A stretch of DNA of 64,000 bases from Candidatus Bathyarchaeota archaeon (GTDB lineage Archaea; Thermoproteota; Bathyarchaeia; TCS64). The stretch covers positions 1,786-65,785 of the forward strand of contig JAFGHP010000020.1 in the NCBI GenBank assembly GCA_016930055.1, in the 5' to 3' direction. Of this stretch, positions 57,869 to 64,000 are shown piece after piece. Under the pieces are notes generated by a model. That model was not told where the DNA came from. It saw only the letters and a program-made list of their open reading frames with translations, and searched no databases. Both the position numbers and the translations under genes were made by a program. The stretch's first letter is position 1. Each line of letters begins with the position of its first letter.

Positions 57869-59584
57869 TTAAAAAAAACCCCCAAATGGGAATAATCCCG
57901 CGGTGATCCAAGAATAAAGAAGAGTATTAAAGATAACTCCAGCCCCTATTCTTCTTGTATAGTTGTTTAACCACCAAGAAGAAAAAGTTGATATAATCAA
58001 CATTGGGATTATTGCGAATAAAAATTCTACAAAGAATGCTGCGAAACTTGGGATTAATCTTATTCCAAAAAAATACATTGGAATATATTGTATACACAAT
58101 AAAATTATGTATGGAGAAATTTTTAGTATTAATGTCATTAAAAAATCAATTATTTTTGAATTATAAGGTAATCTTGCTCTATAAACGTGTAGGTAAAGTC
58201 CCTCTGATAAAAAATAAATTATATAAAACAATAAAAATTGTGGTAGAATTATTAATCTAGTTGTAGTTAAGACTGGGAGAATTGGTACAAATATTCTCAC
58301 TTTTTGTAGCAAAAATAATTGTGAAAAACTAGATAAAAGATACAAACAGACTATTAGGAAAAGCGCTAAATATACATCTTTATATTTGAAAGATAAACGT
58401 ATTACTTTCTGTAAGTCTTTATACTCTTTTAATCTTCTTTGGTTTAATAAATATAAAATTACTAATCCTATTAATCCTGTTGATAAAAGCCACCATGCCA
58501 TTGATGAACCTATAAGCAATGTTGGAAAGGGGATTAATGCTCCAACAAGCATTGTGGGTATAAAAAGAATTACTCCTAGAAAACCCCAAGCAAATAACAC
58601 TTCTTTTTCGCTCAAAAAACGGTGTTTAATTATAATCTCTTCGTTCTTTGTATAAAGAATTTTTTCATTAAATATCTGTGAAATAGGGATTATTGTTAAA
58701 ATTAAAGTGGTTAATGCAAAAATTAGTGTAATTTCTCTAATAATATAAGTGAAACCCTTTATTTGTATGTTGTTTATATCTGAATAAAACGAAGAATTAA
58801 ACCAATCCACAATATTATGTACTGAATATAAATCTAAAGGTTCTAACAGATGTATTGTAGATAATATTAGTAATTTTCTTGCGTTTCCAGAACTAAAGTC
58901 TCCATAAACTTGTTCTGAAATAATTTTTTCATTAGTATTAAATATGTGTCTTAAAGTAGGTTCAAGACTATCTATATTAAATAATACGTCGTGTTCACCA
59001 ACAATAATTAACAAATTTTTGGGTAATGTTGCAGATAATGTATTTGAATTCGAAACATTATTGCTTCCACCTACTCCTCCTCCAATAAAAATTGTTGAAG
59101 TGATATTGATATTATTTAAAGCGAGTGTTCGTATAGCACCGGCTCCTAAACTATGACCGACTACTCCAATTTTTGTTTGATCAACATTATTCATTTGTGC
59201 TAAATAATTGAATGCTGCTTCAGCTCCTAATGTTGGATCTTCTCCTCCCAAGATACCGCCAGATTCGCCATGTCCAGCTAGATCTATAGTTAATGAGATG
59301 AACCCTGCTTTCGTTGTTTCTAAAGCGAGACCACTTAACATTTCTTTTGTGCAACTAATCCCATGAAGTATTAGAATTCCAGGTACTTTCGTGTCTGTAT
59401 TGTAGACTATTTTTGGTATGTATAATCTGCCTGATATTTGATAATTGTTTGATTGAATTTTTATTTCTTTAACGATTATACTCTCATTGTCGGTATCTAA
59501 TTTTTCAGCAAAACATACAGTATTTAGAAACAGTAAGAGTAGTAATATTAAAACTAAGTAATGGTTTTCTTTAATCTTTTCCAT
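57869..59584 (-). CDS. Secreted-type alpha/beta hydrolase with C-terminal multi-TM domain
   Basis: Signal-like N-terminus, LHG, DLAGHGES, GHSLGA nucleophile elbow, about 8 C-terminal TM helices. Confidence 0.85.
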   Translation of the reverse strand: MEKIKENHYLVLILLLLLFLNTVCFAEKLDTDNESIIVKEIKIQSNNYQISGRLYIPKIVYNTDTKVPGILILHGISCTKEMLSGLALETTKAGFISLTIDLAGHGESGGILGGEDPTLGAEAAFNYLAQMNNVDQTKIGVVGHSLGAGAIRTLALNNINITSTIFIGGGVGGSNNVSNSNTLSATLPKNLLIIVGEHDVLFNIDSLEPTLRHIFNTNEKIISEQVYGDFSSGNARKLLILSTIHLLEPLDLYSVHNIVDWFNSSFYSDINNIQIKGFTYIIREITLIFALTTLILTIIPISQIFNEKILYTKNEEIIIKHRFLSEKEVLFAWGFLGVILFIPTMLVGALIPFPTLLIGSSMAWWLLSTGLIGLVILYLLNQRRLKEYKDLQKVIRLSFKYKDVYLALFLIVCLYLLSSFSQLFLLQKVRIFVPILPVLTTTRLIILPQFLLFYIIYFLSEGLYLHVYRARLPYNSKIIDFLMTLILKISPYIILLCIQYIPMYFFGIRLIPSFAAFFVEFLFAIIPMLIISTFSSWWLNNYTRRIGAGVIFNTLLYSWITAGLFPFGGFF

Positions 59585-59643
59585 GTATTATCTTATTAAG
59601 TACTAGGTAAAAAACTGAGTTGTTAATTTATTCTTTTATTATT

Positions 59644-60111
59644 TTAACCTAATTGGATTGTTAATTCTTGGACTATTAATTCGGGTGTATTACTTTTTCC
59701 AGTCTTTATAAAGGTTATAAAACCTATTGATTCAAGAAATTTGAGATCATTATATACGTTTTTAACATTTCTTTTAAGAACTTTTGCCAGTTCATTTATT
59801 GAGGTAACGTGATTATCTGCAATGTAATCGCAGAGTTCTAGTTTTTTTAAGGTAAGTTTTTTTATTTTTTGCTCAGATATTTCGAATTCTTCATCTACAT
59901 AGTACTCGAAGTCCTCTCCCTCATTTGCGGCATTTAATGCATGATTTATTCCACTCCATTCAACATAATCTATAAAACTTTCTCGATCTAAACGACCCCG
60001 TAAAAAATCTTCTTTAAGTTGATTTAATTTATCTCCATATTTTTTTTCTATTTTGGAGATTCGGATTAATGCTTCATTTAATGGTACTCTTTTTACTATT
60101 CGCCAAAGCAT
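59644..60111 (-). CDS. Winged-helix DNA-binding protein (HVO_A0114-like)
   Basis: SINELAKVLKRNVKNVYNDLKFLESIG. Confidence 0.75.
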   Translation of the reverse strand: MLWRIVKRVPLNEALIRISKIEKKYGDKLNQLKEDFLRGRLDRESFIDYVEWSGINHALNAANEGEDFEYYVDEEFEISEQKIKKLTLKKLELCDYIADNHVTSINELAKVLKRNVKNVYNDLKFLESIGFITFIKTGKSNTPELIVQELTIQLG

Positions 60112-60181
60112 ATATTATCATTGGTATTTAGACCAATAAATGTTTATAACTTTATGTCCTACGATCCCGTATAGATAAATA

Positions 60182-61630
60182 ATGACATATACTGTAGAAA
60201 AAATTTCTAATCTAATATGGGAGGTCCCTAAAAATTCAGTACCTGGGATGAAGGTTCCAGCCAGAATTTATGCTGATGAAGACCTCTTATCTGCAATGAA
60301 AGAAGATGCAACCTTAACTCAAGCTGTAAATCTTACTCAGCTTCCGGGTTTACAAAAATATGGCATCACTTTACCTGATGGTCATCAAGGTTATGGTTTT
60401 CCAATTGGCGGAGTTGCTGCATTTGATATTGATGAAGGTATAATTACTCCTGGAGGAGTGGGATATGACATTAATTGTGGCGTACTTTTAATGCGTAGTG
60501 ATCTGAAATATAAAGATATTAAACCAAAAATTGATGAATTAATTGACAGAATTTTTAATACGGTTCCATGTGGGGTAGGTGTCGGAAGCAAAATTAGGTT
60601 AAGTAACCAAGAATTAGATAGAGCAGTTACTGGTGGGGTAAGCTGGGCTATTTCTAAAGGGTATGGATGGTCAGGTGACGAAAAACATATGGAAGAAAGT
60701 GGATGCATGAAAGAAGCAAATCCAGATGTTGTAAGTGGAAGAGCAAAAAGTCGTGGTTCATCTCAACTTGGTACACTTGGTGCTGGAAACCATTTTCTTG
60801 AAGTTGCTAGGGTCCAAGAGATTTTTGATTCTAAAGTAGCGAAAGTATTCGGAATAACGGAACCAGATCAAGTAGTTTGTTGGATACATACAGGTAGTAG
60901 GGGTTATGGTCATCAAATTGCTACTGATTATATTAGGGTAATGGAACGAGCAACATCAAAATATAAAATTAGTCTACCTGATCGAGAACTTGCTTGTGCC
61001 CCTATTAAAAGTAGGGAAGCTGAAGATTATTATCAAGCAATGGCTTGCGCAGTAAATTGGGCTTTCATAAATAGACATGTAATTCTTCACCAAGTTAGGC
61101 AAGCTTTTGAACAGACATTCAATCAAAAAGCGGATCGTATGGGTTTAGATTTAGTTTATAGTATGACACATAATACAGCTAAACGTGAAGAGCATATTAT
61201 TGATGGAAAAAGAAAAATGACTGTAGTACATAGAAAAGGGGCAAGCCGTGCTTTTGGACCAGGTAGAGACGACTTACCAGATGATTATAAGAGTACTGGG
61301 CAACCCGTGTTGTTAGTAGGAACAATGGGCACCGCAAGTTATTTGCTTAAAGGAACTGAGAAAGGAGAAGAAATTAGTTTCGCTTCAACAGCACATGGTG
61401 CAGGTAGAGTTCTTTCGCGAGCTGGTGCACGTAGAGCATGGACTGCTAATGAGATTATAGCTGATTTAAAGAAGAAAGGCATAGTTATTCGTGCAGCTTC
61501 AGGGAGAGTAGTAGAAGAAGAAAGCCCAGATAGTTATAAAGACATTCATAAAGTAGCTGATGTCAGTCACAGATTAGGATTAGCAGAAAAAGTAATGATG
61601 TCTGTTCCTGTTGCTGTTGCCAAAGGATAA
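60182..61630 (+). CDS. rtcB: RNA-splicing ligase RtcB
   Basis: LPDGHQGYGFPIGG, GYDINCG, GAGNHFLE, HTGSRG, HRKGA, HGAGR, EESPDSYK. Confidence 0.97.
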   Translation: MTYTVEKISNLIWEVPKNSVPGMKVPARIYADEDLLSAMKEDATLTQAVNLTQLPGLQKYGITLPDGHQGYGFPIGGVAAFDIDEGIITPGGVGYDINCGVLLMRSDLKYKDIKPKIDELIDRIFNTVPCGVGVGSKIRLSNQELDRAVTGGVSWAISKGYGWSGDEKHMEESGCMKEANPDVVSGRAKSRGSSQLGTLGAGNHFLEVARVQEIFDSKVAKVFGITEPDQVVCWIHTGSRGYGHQIATDYIRVMERATSKYKISLPDRELACAPIKSREAEDYYQAMACAVNWAFINRHVILHQVRQAFEQTFNQKADRMGLDLVYSMTHNTAKREEHIIDGKRKMTVVHRKGASRAFGPGRDDLPDDYKSTGQPVLLVGTMGTASYLLKGTEKGEEISFASTAHGAGRVLSRAGARRAWTANEIIADLKKKGIVIRAASGRVVEEESPDSYKDIHKVADVSHRLGLAEKVMMSVPVAVAKG

Positions 61631-61633
61631 TTT

Positions 61634-62638
61634 TCAAATCCATTTTTTTCTTCTAAAATATAATATCATAACAATTCCAACAATTAACATCATTACTAAA
61701 GATGCAGGGTATCCCCACCATTCTTTTAATTCTGGCATATAATTAAAGTTCATTCCGTATACTCCTGCTATGAAGGTTAATGGAATAAAAATAGTACCAA
61801 TTATTGTTAGAAACTTCATTATTTCATTCATTTTGTTGCTTACGCTTGACAGATAAATATCTAGCATACCACTTAACAGATCTCGATTAGTTTCTATTGC
61901 ATCAATAATTTGGATTGTATGATCATAAATATCTCGAATATAAATTCGAGTTGAATCATTAATTAAAAAAGACCCACATCTGTCGATAAAGTTTAGAACT
62001 TCCCTTAAAGGCCATACTCCTCTCCTAACTGTTATCATCTGACGTCTAATTCTATGTATCTCCTGTAGTGTCAAATTCGTCGGGTTAATAACTAATTCCT
62101 CTTCAAGGTCCTCTACTTTATCACCAAGCTTTTCTAAGATTACAAAATAATTATCAACAACAGCATCAATTAATGAATAAGCTAGATAGTCTGCACCCAT
62201 TTTCCGGATAGGCCCCTTATTATTGCGTAAACGTTCTCTAACTAAGTCAAAAACGTCAATAGGATCTTCTTGAAAACTAGCAATTGTATCTTTTGTCAAA
62301 ACAATACTAACTTGTTCATCTTTAACTTCATATTTATTATCTATGTCAATCATTTTTAGAATTATGAATATGTAATTTTCGAATTCCTCGATTTTAGGTC
62401 GTTGACCCTTATTAATAATATCTTCAACAGTTAATGGGTGAAGCTCTAATTTTTTTCCTACATCTTCTATCGCTTTTACATCTTCAATACTGCTAATATT
62501 AATCCATGTAGTTGCTCCAGCTGGTTTCAATTTTAGACAATCTTCAACAGAATGGGATTTACACTCTTCAAAATAGGAATCATTATAAAAATAAACTGAA
62601 ACGTTTTCTCCATCTGTTGAATTCAACATACTTATCAA
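61634..62638 (-). CDS. corA: Magnesium/cobalt transporter CorA
   Basis: HPLTVEDI, QRPKIE, GVYGMNF signature, MPEL. Confidence 0.95.
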   Translation of the reverse strand: MISMLNSTDGENVSVYFYNDSYFEECKSHSVEDCLKLKPAGATTWINISSIEDVKAIEDVGKKLELHPLTVEDIINKGQRPKIEEFENYIFIILKMIDIDNKYEVKDEQVSIVLTKDTIASFQEDPIDVFDLVRERLRNNKGPIRKMGADYLAYSLIDAVVDNYFVILEKLGDKVEDLEEELVINPTNLTLQEIHRIRRQMITVRRGVWPLREVLNFIDRCGSFLINDSTRIYIRDIYDHTIQIIDAIETNRDLLSGMLDIYLSSVSNKMNEIMKFLTIIGTIFIPLTFIAGVYGMNFNYMPELKEWWGYPASLVMMLIVGIVMILYFRRKKWI

Positions 62639-62694
62639 ATTATTAAATCTTGATTCTCTTATAGGTTTATCCCTAACCGAATCTTTCTATTACT

Positions 62695-62708
62695 ACTCAA
62701 GAATGAGT
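62695..62708. promoter_or_regulatory. Palindrome ACTCA-AGAA-TGAGT abutting the TATA-like box of ribK; candidate RbkR operator
   Basis: Seen directly; immediately upstream of TTTAAATA (62708-62715). Confidence 0.5.
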
Positions 62709-62744
62709 TTAAATATGTGAACTCTACCCATTTAGCGATAACCT

Positions 62745-63446
62745 TTGGCAAGTAAAACTCTGAAACCACATCTGTGGTTCACATTATACAGTATATTAAA
62801 GCTAGGTGGTGGTAAGGCACCAATTAAGGTATCAACAACAGAATTAAGCAAAGCTCTAGGAGGTTCACAACAATCAGCCTCACGTCATCTTCAGATCTTA
62901 GAGAAAGAAGGTTACATTACTAGAAGAATCGATTCGGATGGCAGTTTAATTAATGTTTCAAACAAAGGCCTAAAAGTCTTAGATGATATGCTTCAAGATC
63001 TTAAAGGATATTTAGAAGGAGATGCTTCAGAACCCTTTATTTTTGAAGGTACAGTTACTACTGGATTATTTGAGGGAGCATACTATATGCAGAAGGATGG
63101 TTATCGGCAACAAATCAAAGAAAAACTTGGATTTGATCCTTTCCCAGGTACATTAAATCTTAAGATCGAAGAAGAAGACTTTGAAAAACGGCGAAGGTTA
63201 GAAAAAACCCCATCAGCAATTTTAGAGGGGTTTAAAGATGGTGAACGAAGTTTTGGTGCTGTAAAATGTTACCCTCTTCTTTTATTTAATGAGGTTAGAG
63301 GTGCTTTGGTGGTTGCTGACAGAACAATACATGATTTAGCTACAATGGAGATAATTAGTCCAATATATCTTCGAAGGCATTTCCAACTTGCTGATGGTGA
63401 TAAAGTTAAAATTTCTTTCCTGAGCCCTCGACGATCTTCTTCTTAA
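62745..63446 (+). CDS. ribK: CTP-dependent riboflavin kinase with N-terminal wHTH (RbkR-type)
   Basis: SQQSASRHL HTH; GLFEGAYY, PFPGTLN, EIISPIYLR. Confidence 0.92.
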   Translation: MASKTLKPHLWFTLYSILKLGGGKAPIKVSTTELSKALGGSQQSASRHLQILEKEGYITRRIDSDGSLINVSNKGLKVLDDMLQDLKGYLEGDASEPFIFEGTVTTGLFEGAYYMQKDGYRQQIKEKLGFDPFPGTLNLKIEEEDFEKRRRLEKTPSAILEGFKDGERSFGAVKCYPLLLFNEVRGALVVADRTIHDLATMEIISPIYLRRHFQLADGDKVKISFLSPRRSSS

Positions 63447-63849
63447 TTTTACTGCTACTATCTAAATTATCTTGACTGAAATGTGGGATCTTTTTTATCC
63501 TTATTTTATAGTTTTTATTGAGGATTAACTTCTTGACCTGTTCTTCAATATCATGTTGATCATGTCCAATTGCTACAATGTCTGGTTTAATTTTCTGAAT
63601 AACTTTATCAAAATCTAAATCCTTATAACCTATAATGACTTCATCAACCATTTTTAGCGACTCAACTAGAGCCTTACGCTGATTTTCGGGCATTATAGGG
63701 GGGTGCCCTTTAACCCTACTTACTGTTTCATCACTAGCTACAATAACAATTAAATAAGAATCATCTCCTCCTAAATTCTTTGATTCTTCGAGATATCTAA
63801 TATGACCATAATGAATTAAATCAAACACACCTGAAGCTAGAACTTTCAT
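63406..63849 (-). CDS. ribL: FAD synthase (cytidyltransferase-like)
   Basis: GVFDLIHYGH, KPDIVAIGHDQ, SSSKIK; convergent with ribK, 41-nt overlap. Confidence 0.88.
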   Translation of the reverse strand: MKVLASGVFDLIHYGHIRYLEESKNLGGDDSYLIVIVASDETVSRVKGHPPIMPENQRKALVESLKMVDEVIIGYKDLDFDKVIQKIKPDIVAIGHDQHDIEEQVKKLILNKNYKIRIKKIPHFSQDNLDSSSKIKKKIVEGSGKKF

Positions 63850-63854
63850 TACAT

Positions 63855-64000
63855 TCACCATTCAAACTCTGCTAATCCTAATAACTTTAAAGCATCAAGT
63901 ATTCCTTCGGCATAAGCAACGCTTGTTAACGCAGTTGGTTTATTATCTGCCATATAGTACTCAGCGTCATCCAAGTATCTATTTACATGATCAATCAAAT
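63855..64000 (-). CDS. DUF357-family protein, C-terminal part (truncated by window)
   Basis: Translates to YLDDAEYY...ALTSVAYAEGILDALKLLG. Confidence 0.75.
   Translation of the reverse strand, partial: LIDHVNRYLDDAEYYMADNKPTALTSVAYAEGILDALKLLGLAEFEW

Overview
AT-rich (~30% GC) archaeal chromosome segment. Gene content (GINS23-mcm, CdvB/ESCRT-III paralogs, an OSTC/DC2-like protein, thermosome pair, RbkR-type RibK, many bacterial-type peptidases) suggests a TACK archaeon, probably Bathyarchaeia; this assignment is inference. The core block at ~13-32.8 kb holds rpp30-pop5, rpoN-rps2, mvk-ipk-fni-GGPP synthase, gltX, rpl7ae-rps28e-rpl24e-ndk, ino1, mcm/GINS, ogg, mtnA, gcvT/H and three tRNAs, two with BHB introns. 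Accessory metabolic regions flank it. No CRISPR, transposase or integrase was seen. Main unannotated signals: (1) a ~205-nt, ~49% GC, highly structured stand-alone ncRNA at 56.8-57.0 kb with its own promoter, matching no family I recognise; (2) a cysteine synthase whose SD-linked AUG opens a 6-codon leader ending UUU-UGC(Cys)-UGA, with the enzyme in the +1 frame, a candidate cysteine-sensing programmed frameshift; (3) a six-gene UPF0182/SPFH/Zn-finger/HEXXH-protease membrane operon; (4) a box C/D sRNA aimed at 23S helix 69; (5) a shared operator linking a Phr-like regulator, the thermosome genes and possibly hsp20; (6) a split ThyX and a tandem DUF4438 protein with one degenerate half.
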